In this document: piece by piece, positions 23,014-44,703 of the stretch
How the letters are laid out: each line of letters opens with the position of its first letter
Position numbering within the stretch: the first letter of the stretch is position 1
DNA from: Sphagnum compactum
Lineage: Eukaryota
NCBI GenBank assembly: GCA_965153455.1
Contig: OZ234493.1
Coordinates: 16,730,213-16,794,212 of the forward strand
Length of the DNA stretch: 64,000 bases
Direction of reading: 5' to 3'
The notes under the pieces: generated by a model
The model's input: only the letters and a program-made list of their open reading frames with translations
The model's database searches: none
What the model was told of the DNA's origin: nothing
Translations under genes and position numbers: made by a program

Positions 23014-24025
23014 TTATATGGCATAATGTGATGGTTCCCATAAGAACCCTGTAACATCTCAGCACAGCAGACCCTTGTAAGGTGGTCCGGAAATATAAGT
23101 AAACGATGAAAGTTTTTCAGATGCTCAAAAATCTTTTCACAAGGGGAGAGCATTTTCCTGTGTGACTCAAGTCACTGTCAGTGAGTCGCCCTGAGGGCGA
23201 CTCAGGGCGCTCCGCCCTCATCTTACACACCTCATGGCCATGGTGAACCAGCACCTTGCACCGATACCTTCACCGTTTTATTTGGGGCCTCTTAGTGACC
23301 ATATTAAGCCCAACAAACATTAGATTTAATATCAAAGACGCTATTTTAATCTAAGCATGGGTATTTGTAATATTCGGAAGCAGTTTAAATGAATTTGTGG
23401 GTTCTTACCATGCTACTAGTGTGGGTGCTGGGTCACCAAACACAAGAAACTTGTGAGGAATCCCCAGTTTGAAAATCTGAGAATCTCAAGGCATCCCCTT
23501 TGCACATGGTTTGTTGTGCAATATATAGCCACTACCAGCAATTTCACATTATTTTTTGTTTTCCAATGTCAATAGGGAATAAGAATTCACTGTTTATTTA
23601 CAGAAGTATATTCATTGAGATTAATTACAACCATTGTGCACATGCCATTTTAGATCAACTTCGTACAAGAGATGATATCAATCAAATTGGGATTAAAAAA
23701 GAACAAGGAAATAATAGTCTAATAAGTTTTTACAAAATTAAATAAATTGTAAATATATAATTATATGGTTTACTTGTTGTTGTATGTAGTTTTTTTTTCT
23801 TTTGTCAAGATCGGGGTGATAGGTTGTGTTGACCGGGGTTTTTCTCTCTGCCCATCAGTTTCCTACTTCCCAACTTCTTCAATTATAAATTCTGAAACAA
23901 CAAATACATCTGAAATCTAAAAATCTATGAACAATCCTACAAGCTGCACTTCTTTTGCCATAGTTTCAAAAAATCAGAAATGGCCAAGAAAAATCACTTC
24001 ATGGGGGGCATGGGGTGATCTGCAG

Positions 24026-26009
24026 GTGTGTAGGTTACTTTGGAGAAGAAGATGCTCCAAGTCGAAGATTGGCAAGGCCTCTAGTGTTCTGCAGAACACC
24101 AGGTGCTTGTCCCCTTGAGAATGGGTATGCACGGCCAGTGGAGAGCATCCATGTGCTGGTAGATATGCCGCAAATGAAGGTTAAATCTTGGACTAATCTC
24201 TATACCATATTTGCTGAATCTTTGTTGGCACTCAACATTTTTCTGTGGGTATTATTATTAACCCGTCATCATTGCAATCAAAGTACCTCTGAGTGAGATA
24301 TGTATCTGAACTTCTCTTGCATGGAAAAACTATGACAGTAACAAATGCATTTGTTGACATGAGGAAACACTTCTGCGGTCAGAGCTTGAGGCTCAACGGG
24401 ACTGCAACTCTCTTACTGCTCCGCATTGGCTGGTACAGCTACTTTCCATTTCACCCTCCATTACATTCTTAATCAAAGTTTTTTTCTGCAAATTTTAAAA
24501 AACTTGCTTTCCAATTTCTTTTTTCACACTTTTGAAATGATTTGTGCAACACCGGTACGAAACACAAGAACATTCAATCGCACAGGACAGCTGACAGGCT
24601 ATAAGCTGATGCCAGGCTCCAATTGTCTGCCATTAGAGGCCTTGATGCCAAGTTTCTCCGGCGAGCTGCCTTCTTGAATCACAACCTTTGGGTGACATAG
24701 TGTAACCGGGATGAGTGCTTTCCAGGTGGGGAGTTCCCGAACCAAAATCCACGTGTTTGTGAAGGCCTTCCTACTTGGGTTCAGCAGGACCGAAAACTTG
24801 CGGAGACTGACATAGTCCTCTGGTACAGCTTCCTTGATCCATTATTCTCATTTCATTTTGCAACTCTGCTGCTGCAGTTAATCCTCAGGTTTTCCAGTAA
24901 TGTCATGTCCTTTCCCTCGTTATGAAAGGAACTGGCAAAGATTTCAGTGTAGTTGGAGGGCATCTTAAAAATGTAAGATTGCCTCCACAAATAGGGCAGG
25001 AGCTTAATCTTTGTAAGGTTCCTCCTTTTATTTCGGTTACGTATCTATTTTTGGGCTTGTTTTTGTCATGCTGCTCTAAAGAAACTTTCACCTAGATCTT
25101 TGCATGCGGTTCTAGGTTCTTTGCACCTAGAACTTTCACCTCAGATGGGGGCATGACCAGAATTTTCGGAGTCTGCCTTTCGCTCCCACCTCTGGCATGG
25201 ACTCATTCTATCAACATCTTCCTTGGGCCGTACCTACCACCTTATGTCCATGAATATTCATCTTCTTATATCTTACACCTATTCCTTAAGAGTGGGAGGG
25301 AAATCATGGCTACTTATAGGTTAAGATACCTCCCTCTAACAGACTAGGTGTGACGACCTTCGCCCTTTTATGATCTACATATGTTTAAGTTCATGGTCAT
25401 GTTCGTCTTGTGCTTTACAGTGGGTAAAGTCTGTGGGAATGGCCCCCACCCTGGGGGTTTCCCCTAGAGAACTGTGTAATTGGCTAGATGCTTGCAGTAT
25501 TGAGAAGTAGATTTGATCACATTTCTGAATAAGTACTTGGTTGCTTCTCTTCAACTGCATTTGTGCTTTGATTGCACCTGACATTCCAAAGTTTCTGGTG
25601 TCTGTGAGTACAGGTATGTACTTTGAGTAACTCATGTGCCACGGTTGGAGGACTGGCCAGTGATGCCTGTGGAGCACATTGGGTTCCATCTCAAGGTTTC
25701 ATTTTTTGGTCTTTGATCTTACTTACCCTACAGGATGAAGATGCAAAAACCCTAAAACTCAAACACTGCTATGAGGTTGCAGATGTGTTTTTGCATTTTG
25801 CGGTACTACTACCCCATAATGTTTATATCTCATGTATGTGGGCTTTAGAAATGGTTTTGCAGCCACATGGGTTTTTCAATTGCTCACCAGCAATTGATAT
25901 ACCTCCAAGCAAAGCAGTAGTGGCAGACGATCCAGATCACAAAGAGGTGGCTGTAAAGGGGGCTGGGCAGCCTGAGACATTGACATCAACACTTATGTCC
26001 AAACTGTAG
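24026..26009 (+). pseudogene. Duplicated CuAO fragment, pseudogene
   Basis: An upstream CuAO exon (24026-24179, [32 protein letters not shown]) is followed at 24361 by a jump into the sequence equivalent to position 1640, so the NYEY and HQH exons are missing. Also: acceptor AG>CG (~24552), 1-bp deletion (~24637), CAG>TAG (24698-24700), in-frame TGA (~25624). It still ends SKL*. Confidence 0.92.
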
Positions 26010-28405
26010 GCAGAAGCTATCATGTAGGCTTGTTGCAAACATGGGGGAAAGGTTTGCTGCGAACATGGGTGAAAGGTATCTTGAATGGGGGAGACAAGTA
26101 TGGTAAGGTGCAGATAGCGGTATCAGAAAGGCACAAAAGAACTACACAGAAGGTCACTTTGTTACAAGTAAAACTCTGTCTAGTCGTGGTATTTGGAAAA
26201 TGTAGACTTGAAGCTTGAGATAAGGCATTTGAGTTTTATTTATGTTTTTTGGGTGGACAAGCAAGCAGCAATGCTATGCTGCATATAAGTGATTGAGAAG
26301 TTGCAAAACAGCACTGAAATAGAATGGCTGCTGTTGTTACTCATTGTTATCGATTTCTTGAAATTCCTTTAGTGTGCTGCCCTATGTACCACCCACCCCA
26401 CTGACACTCTGATGAGTGATTATGTACCACAGAATGACACAGCTGAGGCCTGGGCATCCTCTGACCACCTGCCTACTTGCAAAAATTGACAAGCATGGCA
26501 TGTACAAAGCAATCTTAAAGAAGTAAAATTGCTACATTGCTGAAGGCATACCCAAAGCTACAATATCCAGTTCCACTCAAAAGCTTTGGGTTCATTCGGT
26601 GTTGATGTTTCATGCTTTATTTTTCTCTGCAGTCAGTTTCTCTATGTTTTGTCTTCCTCTTGTTCTGTGTCAGCTTTGTTTTTTTGGCTCAAGTCTTTTC
26701 TTTTTGCTTTTCTCCTTGTATTGTTTGATGCTATAGCTATTATTATGGCCGAGTCTTCCTGTTGATTCCAGACTTGCAACAGAAACACAGTATGCAGATT
26801 AGTGTTTACACTCGCCTATACCCTTTGTAGGGAGTTGATGAAGTCAGTGGGGAAGTTGTGATAGAGAAGTGACTATCATACATGTCACTTGTGGACGGTC
26901 CCAGAACAAGTGAGAGATTGTCACTATGGTTCATACTGCAAGTGAGTATTTTTTGTTTTTTGTTCTTATTTTGTCTTTGTTGCATTGTCCTTTATTTACA
27001 GGTTTGTAAGTCTTGTTTTAGAAGTCTTTCCTTGACTTAAAAAGAAGTTAAAACCTTGCTCTGGCTTTCTGAGGCTGTGATTCTAAGGAGAGATATATGA
27101 ATGTTTCATGGCTTCAGACATTTCAAACAAGGAGAACATTGTGTAACAACTCCACTGTTTATTATGGCAGGTTGAAACAAAATCATCAGAGATCAATAAT
27201 ACTTGTTTGATTCTAAAATATCAACATAATTTTCAATTTGATTTGTGCATCTAGTTGAAATACTAACAATTTTAACCAATGACATATATTTGATGGGTCT
27301 TGCTTTAAGCTGTAAAAGGGATAAACCAAAAGAATAAACTAACCCTAATGGTATCGCATTCACACAAGAGCAGTAAAGCTGACTTGGCAAATGACATGGC
27401 ATTGGGTTTAAGAGGGGGATAAATGTGTCTAGGAAAAAAATCCTTCAGTTTTTCTAGATTTGGCATAAAGTTAGGGTGGAATAAGAAGGTTAATTTGACC
27501 CCTTGATTTCAAAGGGTTTAGGGTTTTGGGGTTTAGGTTCTCATGTTCAAGAGAGCTTCTACAATTGTTCTTGCCAACATACTCTGTCTTTCATGCGAGA
27601 ACCACCCAGAATGGCGGGCAGCAACAAAAAATTCACCCATGCGAAATTTTTCAAGCGTCTGGATTTTTAAGGGTGCCCAAAGTGTTTGGGCATAATGAAT
27701 TCTTTTTTTAAACCTTTTGAAGGTGCCTGAAATGATCGGGCACATAAAATTTTCAAAGATGCCCAAAATTATTGAGAATCAGGATTTCCCCAGAGTGCCC
27801 AAACTTTTTGGCCAGAAATGATTTTTTTTTCAACCTTTCTAATCTTTGTGGGGAGCCTTAACTTCCAAAACTGCATGAATTTTTTGAAGCATCCTGGAAA
27901 AAATTTCTCCCAAATCTTTTCAAGCATTGGGATTTTTTGAGTGCCCAATTTTTTTTAGCAAAAGTGAATTTTTTTCAACATATATAATCTGCCCGATGAT
28001 TTTCAAGCAGAAAAAAATTCTCAAAAATTTCCTAATTTTCTTTCTCAAAGATCTTGAAAAACGTCTGTGAGGAATTCTCCAGAGAGCCCAAGGTTTTTGG
28101 GCAGAATGGAAAATTCCTAAGTTTCCCCAAGCTGCCCAAACTTTTTTGTGTAGTTTGGAAAATCACTCAATGTGAACTGTTCAACATAGTGTTAAATTAA
28201 CCCCATCATATCTTTTATCTATCCTCTTTGTGTGAACAACACAGGGCTAGTTTGCTTCTTATATTTCAGTCATTTCAATCCCCAACTCAAGAGAGGGTTA
28301 AATGGAATAAAAATATCCCTACTAACCCTTGGTGTAAATCCAGCTTTAGACATTTAATGGCATTCCCAAGCACAACTGAAGTTTAATTTAAAATATCATG
28401 TATTA

Positions 28406-28779
28406 GAGCATCTCCACCGGTGCTCAGTATGTCACTCTGGATAATAAAATTAAATGTCTAAGTTTAGCTTCTTTTTTTTTTGACAACCCCAACGATAAAA
28501 CTGTAACTGGAACTGCTTATACAAGGGGACTACTAGTAGCAAACCACCTGGACCAATCATTATGATCGACAATCAGAAATACTGAGCCGCAGTCAGATCC
28601 AATTTATTATACTCTTTTTTGGAGGTGCATAACTGTGTTGCGCGTTTTAAAAACCAAAGGCAACCTGCACAAAGTTGATGCAGAAAAATCAATTTCCTGA
28701 GCTAGACTGGCACATTTTGAGTTTTTTGCAATAAATTTTACTGTATGGAGTCACATACTGAGCATCGGTGGAGATGCTC
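28406..28779. mobile_element. MITE family A, duplicated copy
   Basis: ~30-bp TIRs with 2 mismatches (GAGCATCTCCACCGGTGCTCAGTATGTCAC / GTCACATACTGAGCATCGGTGGAGATGCTC), preceded by TTA. Confidence 0.8.
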
Positions 28780-31700
28780 CTTCACCTACGAATGTGTCAT
28801 AGTACCTTGGCAGCTTCAACACTATTTAAAATATTTGTAAAAATGTTGAAATTTCCAGAAACCAAAATGTGAGAAGGGAAATAAAGAATCTATTGGAATA
28901 CTCAGGAATATTTTCATGGTCTTTGTTAGAAAAGAGAAACCTTGGTGTTGCAAAATCAATAATAAAGTATCATCAACAATCCAAATGTGTCTTGGCAATT
29001 CCAAAACAACAATTTTGCTAAATTTCTTTGAGAAAAGCTTAGAAACCTTAATGTGTTTTTCAATGTAAAATGCATTCTTTCAGCAAATTTTTAGGACACT
29101 TTTGCAAAATCAAAATATTTTTAAAAAAACTGCACAAACCCATTTACAAAACCATACAATTGTTGTAGTACATCCATTGTTTCCTTCTCTGTTCCCCATC
29201 TGCTGCCTTCCTTTGCTCCTTTGCGGTGACAAGGTGGTTTTCATTGCCCACCCACTTGGGGCCTAGAGTTTTTAACCCTTTCGTAAATAAGAGCTTTCCA
29301 TGTGGCCCATCTCAGCTCTAGACCCTTTTGGAATTAGCTTCACTATGATGGCTTTGGCCTGCAGGTGAGATTCTAGGACCTTTGAGCAATCCCTGTGAAA
29401 TGAGGAGTATGACTGGCACCCAACAAACTCTAGCTCTTGCATTTGCTTCTGAGTTTACTGCCCATAAGTAGTTTCTTACTAGCTGTCTTTAATTTTTAAA
29501 TAAATAGATAAAGGAAAAACACGCGGCCAGGGATCAAGAGAAGAAAAAAGAAAGGACTAAAGTCCAAACAAAAGACCACACCCCAAAGAGCAGAATGCAC
29601 AATGGGGAGCCCTAAGAGGAGAAATCACAAAACCTAGGACCTAAACCCATCACCAATAGCACAAAGCAAGTCGTGCAAGGAGAGATGGCTGAAAAACCTG
29701 GAAGGTCTGAACATGAGGAGAGGTTCCATATAGGTTTGGCACCATAATGAACCATTAACCTGACCTACTCATTTGAACTTTGAATAGTTTCCACCTTAAT
29801 ACTAATGTTCTTTGTTTGTAAAACGGATAGTGTAATACTAGACTTATTCGTAAAGTTAGCAAATTTAATATTTTTAACACCCATTGATTTCAAACAGATT
29901 GTGTACACCATAACATGCAAACACCAAGTCATAGATAGTAGGTCTTAGGTAGGTAGGAGGTTCATGTGCATGTCTATGATCTATGACCTACCTAATTGTA
30001 GAACCTATTCTACCTATCGATTACCTTCAAAATTCCTAGTATAGCTAGTACCTACCTATTATCTACTACATGTGGGTGGTAAAATGATTTTGTGTTCATA
30101 TTTTCTATGGTGACATCTATGGTGTCACCACCAAAGGTATGGTGCATTGGTCAAGGACTTAGTTTGTTCTTGTGAGGGTGAGGGGTTCAACTCCATGTAA
30201 CACCCTAATGAAGTTAGACTAGATTTGGCTAGGTTAAGCTAAGTAGGTTTAGGTAGGTATGTTAGGTCATGTAGGCAACTTGGGTAGGAAGACTAGCTTA
30301 GTAGGTTCGGGTAGGTAGGATAGGTAGGTTTCTAGGTAGGTAGCAGTGTTTTCTTTTTCAATTTCCGGATGGAATCCTAGGTAGATTTAAACAGATTTCA
30401 TCAAGTTGGCAACATTATTTCAAAGGACTCTTAAAACTGTAGCCAGTATACATAAATGTGGCAATTTTTTTGGTCATTTTTTGGCGATTTTAAATGAAAA
30501 ACCCCCCTTTGTATTGGTACTCAGGGTATTTAAAAAATAAAAATCTGGCGATAAATCTCCAGTAAACAAAACACCGATAGGTAGGTTAACTTGGTAGGTT
30601 TGGGTACGTAGGTATAAATGACAACTTCAAGTTGACCATCTTTTAAACCACCAATGGCACAATCTAGTTTATTTCATCTGCAGTGTGGTTGGGTGATGGG
30701 ATGCACACATAGTGACAGGTGCCATTATTTGGCTTCTTATGATGTGGGCATGTGTCACAATTTTTCATATTGTGGTAACTTTATATGGTGATTAGTACTT
30801 GACTCTAAAACATTGGTTGCCTGATTTACTTGATTAAAGATTGTCTTATAGATCATGGTCTTTTGACCAAGAGTCGTCATATAGTCCATTGCCTATTTGA
30901 CCAAGGCCTATCATAAAAATTGTTTGCTAATTAAATTAAACTTCGTCAAAGGAAACCATGACCTTTTAAGATGAAAATTAATCACTTAGACTATATGTTA
31001 ATTGAAATTTTTTGGTTGTTCATCTTCTCACTGCCCTTGGCCTTTTATTATTATTTTATGCTTGAATACACATTGGGTTTTGACCCATCGTAATTCTAAA
31101 TGAAAATGTGTTGTCATATTTCATGACCACTCCATGTTTTAGGCTAATTGGTTTTTTAAACTAACAATGGTTTACAGATGTGTTAAAATTGATCCCCTAC
31201 AAACATAATTATTTTGTTGATAGTTTAGGTCTACAAATGATGACAAGATTAATTAAGCATAATCAAATAGTGGCAATGGTTACATGCTTAAATGAAATTC
31301 AGATTATATAATCACAAACCTATTACATTTTTCAAATATGTTTACATTGGCATTTAGAAAAAAGGTTCAAAAGATGTTCAATGTGACAAAAACGCAGCAT
31401 GATCTAATATCAACCAATAAATTGTCACTTCTAATATATACAATGACCATGCAATCCCTACAAACAAGTTTTCATTTGTTGCCTAAGTAAACTACAGACA
31501 TGAACTATTTAGGAACAAGTAGATCTTCCTTATGCCATAAGATGAGCCCATTTGCCATATCTTTCATCTTGTTAATAGTTGGGGTTGGGAAAGCTAACCT
31601 CACTATCCCTTTTTAATTGCTTGTCACAACTATTTGGCTATAAGTGAGGATCAAGCCAAGTATGTATGTGAATATATCATTGACAATGGACAGGGCAGTG

Positions 31701-33062
31701 ACATGTGTAATTTGGAAGGGGGCTACTGTTGATTGGACTCCACATTCACAAAGTTGAGAATTTTTGTGGGTTGTATAGTTTTGGAAGAAACTATATGTGT
31801 CAGTACAGGATTTGGGGACAAACTTTTGGCTCAATCATGATTATTATGATTATAATAAATATAATGGTTATAATGGTTTTAACATCCATAATGAAAATAG
31901 TACGAACATGGATTTGGGTATTTTTTGAAGGATGTAAGATGATCTTCACAATGATATAATCTAAGGGGAGGGGAAAACGCTAGTAAAATTTAAAAAAAAG
32001 GAAATAAATGAATAAAAATACAATGTGCAATGTATTGGCTATTGGGTAAAAATAATAAGTTAATTAGTTAAAAAATAAGGTGCATTTTATTCAAATAATT
32101 AATTTTACTCTAATGTAGGGTATGTAATAATATGAAATAATGGATTATAATTGATATAGGGTGGTTTTAATATGTATATATTAGAAAGTTAGATAATAAT
32201 TGGGTGATAATTATCTAATAACCCCCTAAAAAGGGACATTTGACACACGTAAATCCCAAAATTTTCACTAACTGTCCCCTCAGGATATAATAAATCCAAC
32301 GTTAATTTTTATTTAAAAATGAAGTGACAATTCACCTATACCACCATCATTTGATCCAACCTCTAGAAACCAAGCTTGTTCCAATGAAAATCTTGTTCTT
32401 GCCCTCCAAATTATTATCATTCAAATTCAAGAACAACATCATGGCCTTTGAACACAAGTTCATGACATCCTCTTGCCCTTGAAGGAGAATCAATAGAATA
32501 ATTGGCATCTTTAGTTGTTCTAAATATTCATTAGTAGGTGCCATATTAAAGTGGAGAAAATATTTTGTTGCTAAAAAAGAATCTCAACTTTGTTACAAAT
32601 TCCTACATAAAGCCAAGACCTAGTCACAAGGAATGGATAAAGAACCTTGAATTTTTGGGGATAAGGTGTGTGATATTTACAATAAAAACAAATGTATTTA
32701 TTGTGTTGATAGACCTCCTTAAAACAAAGTGGAGGATCCTAAACATGACGCCGCAACCATTTTATGGGTATATGGTTGCATTGAAGGAATCTAGGAACTA
32801 ATTTGATGAAAACATTATATTGAAAATAGTGAGTCTATTCAAGTTGTAGCACTTGATGCATTCTAGCTTTACCTTCATCAATTGTTGGCTTGTGTTGAAA
32901 AAAGTGCCAAGGTGGGAAAACATGCAAGAAGACTTGAAAAACCTTGTTTTTAAAATAATCCTTGGCAAATCGATGCCAAAAGATAAAAGAAGCATATTAT
33001 GTAGTGTGCAAATCATGGCCACGAGTTGTTTGATGACCCATAAACATAAATGTGTCACTGTA

Positions 33063-41915
<8,853 letters not shown>

Positions 41916-43994
41916 GACTAGGAGCAAAACTTTGAAAGACTACCCACTATTCACCGCTGCAAGCACAAACACAGACAAGCGTGGCTTAGTATGCTCAACA
42001 TCAATCGAAAAGAACAGAAGTTGCCAAGTTTAGTATGCCGAATGGAAAAGAACTCTGATAAAGTACAACACTCAAAGTCTTAGGTAGGGACATCAGCAAA
42101 AGTAGAGAGATATTGCCATGTGCTTGCATTTTGCTGGCACCTAGTTCAAATTTCCTCTGCATGGAAATTTCCTGTAACGTTTAGTCTCTTTGAAAGTCAA
42201 GCCAAACGCTGAATCTGCTGGGGCCAGAGCTTCACCAGCAGTAGTAGACAGAAGCGTTGAAATTGACCAATTTGCCACCAATTGAATACTAAAGCCTGGA
42301 AAACTTCTTTTTCTTTGAGCTCTTGGTACGGTCTTGGTGTTTATGTCAGTTGGGTACCCAAGTCAAAGAGGTAGCCTAGGGGAAAATTTCTTGGAGTCCC
42401 AGTGAACCAGCACCCACCAGTGCACCATGCAGAATGAATGGTAAGTGCTCTGGAAACAGTTTTCTGTTGGGGTCCAGTTCCCTTGCTGACGATGGCACTG
42501 GTTAGTGCGATTACTTTTTTTAAAAACAGCCATTACCTATGTATAAATCTTCTACTTACATGCTAATTACCTGTATTGTTGGCATTGCCTAGCAAGGAAA
42601 GGATATTGTGTTTATATTCATTAGAGAGTATAATAGTTTGAGGGATTTTGGCTACTAGGAAATAGGTTTATTTTCATATGAGGATTTTTGAAAGATGATA
42701 TTTTGGCTTGTGTTGAAACTTGAGATTAGTTATAGAGTTATATTATCTTGAAGGATTTTGATTTCTTTTAAAAGATTATATTTTTGCATGGTGAAATATT
42801 TGAGTTTCCATAATTCTTCTTTTGCCTTCAGATACTTTTAAATGTAAATGGCAAGGCCACAGTGGGGGGCACACCCCTTGTTACCTATCTGCCAACAAAT
42901 GGACAGCACCTAGTTCCCACAGAATGGCTTACCAAGGTGAAACTAGATAACTCACTTGAGGTCTACCCACTACTTATTCATAACAGGCATCCAGTGGATG
43001 GAGTACTGGTGGATACTGATTTGCTCTAGACCTGGAACAGGCTCTGGTAATGCCCATTACCACGTAATTAGAGCTGGGTTCACCCTACCAGCTTTGGTGC
43101 GTTCATAAATATACCTGGGCTGTTCCAAAGTTGGTGACTTGTTTTGGTGTCCTGTAAAGGACTTTTAGATTTTTTCCTTGGGTGGGACAAGCTGGTGCTT
43201 CCACTTGTGGTGCTGTCATCAACAGTGGAGAGCAACCTTTCATGATGTGAATCCACAGTGAGGACCACCAAGGAACATTAGTTACCTTTTGAAACAAGCC
43301 CCCAGCTACAAATCTTTTATCACCTAATTGAACATTAGCTCACAACATTCTTAGGTGGAATGGGCCTCCTATATGGAGGGTTTGGACTTAGTTCGTGTCT
43401 TATCCGTGCATGAGTACTCTGTCAGAGCTTGGACTTGGGGAACCATGTTTGGAAATGTCAATAGAAGTGCCTAGGATTCTTGGAAATTTGGCTAATGGCT
43501 GCAAAGAATGTCAAGACAGGGACGTAGGATTTGTGCAACTTTATGCTAGCATGTGCATATTTGTCAAATCCACAATTGATTTCTGGTATCTCTCAATAGT
43601 TGAACATCACAATGATTGTCCAGGGTTGAGAAGTTTTTGTGCTTGAGATCGTACCAACTTGAGCCTAGGTGTCATATAAGATACATTAATTAATAAGTTA
43701 AATTCGGTTGATAATTGGATATTAATTAAGTAAGTAGGTAGCTAAGAAGTTGTTAATAGATAAAGATAGTAGTAGTGATGAAGTTGCAATTGAATCACAA
43801 GGTTATGACACTTTCATTCTTGTGGCATTTCTTTGGGTTTAGGTGTAAAATGCGCTTTTCCAACAGAAATTTACCACTTTGACAAATGAAAATTATTTTG
43901 AAAAAAACTGCACAAACCCATACAAAATCCTAAAATTGTTGTAATATGGCCAAATCCTTACTGAACACTTGCTGATGTATGTCACAGTGAACAG

Positions 43995-44466
43995 ACATAA
44001 TAGATGACTCTAAAAAGTATTTTTGTATTGGGGAGAGTCCTCTTCCCAAGGGAGTTGGTGAATCTCCTTATCGCCCTCGTTGGTGGGACATCTATCCCTC
44101 CAGGAAGTCCTTGGGCCCTGTGAAGAGGACTTCAGGGGCATAAAGATTTTTCTGCTGAAACGCTTTACCATTTTGAATGGGGTTAGAGCATCTCCACCGC
44201 AAAACTGTAAAGAACTCCTTTATATTAAAAACATAATACATGAGTCTAAAAAGAATTTTTGTATTGGGGAGAGTCCTCTTCCCAAGGGAGTTGGTGAACT
44301 TCCTTATCGCCCTTGTTGGCAGGACATCTTTCCTTCCAGGAAGTCCTTGGGCCCTGTGAAGACGACTTCAGGTGCATAAAGATTTTTCTGCTGAAACGCT
44401 TTATCATTTTGAATGGGGTTAGAGCATCTCCACCGCAAAACTGGAAAAACTCCTTCATATTAAAAT
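43995..44466. repeat. ~236-bp tandem repeat, 2 units
   Basis: Units start at 43995 and 44231; the MITE-B left TIR recurs at 44186 and 44422. Confidence 0.9.
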
Positions 44467-44703
44467 AGAAGAGTGATTAATGATCACTGTCCCCACCCAC
44501 AAGCGTCATAAAAGTCCCTTTAATAACTCAAAGACCTTTTTTGTCTTTACATCTAGCCAGTAATAGTCAATGTCCAAATCCATAGTAGCAAAAAGGTTTT
44601 GAAGCGGTTAAAATGATCACTGCAAAATCGACATCAATACAGGAGCGGTGCGAGATCAAGATTTATGAAAAGGGCTGTTTGCAGGCGTGCGGTGGAGATG
44701 CTC
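44422..44703. mobile_element. MITE family B, unit B copy
   Basis: Same TIRs and TTA TSDs; small internal deletion relative to 22714-23013. Confidence 0.82.
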
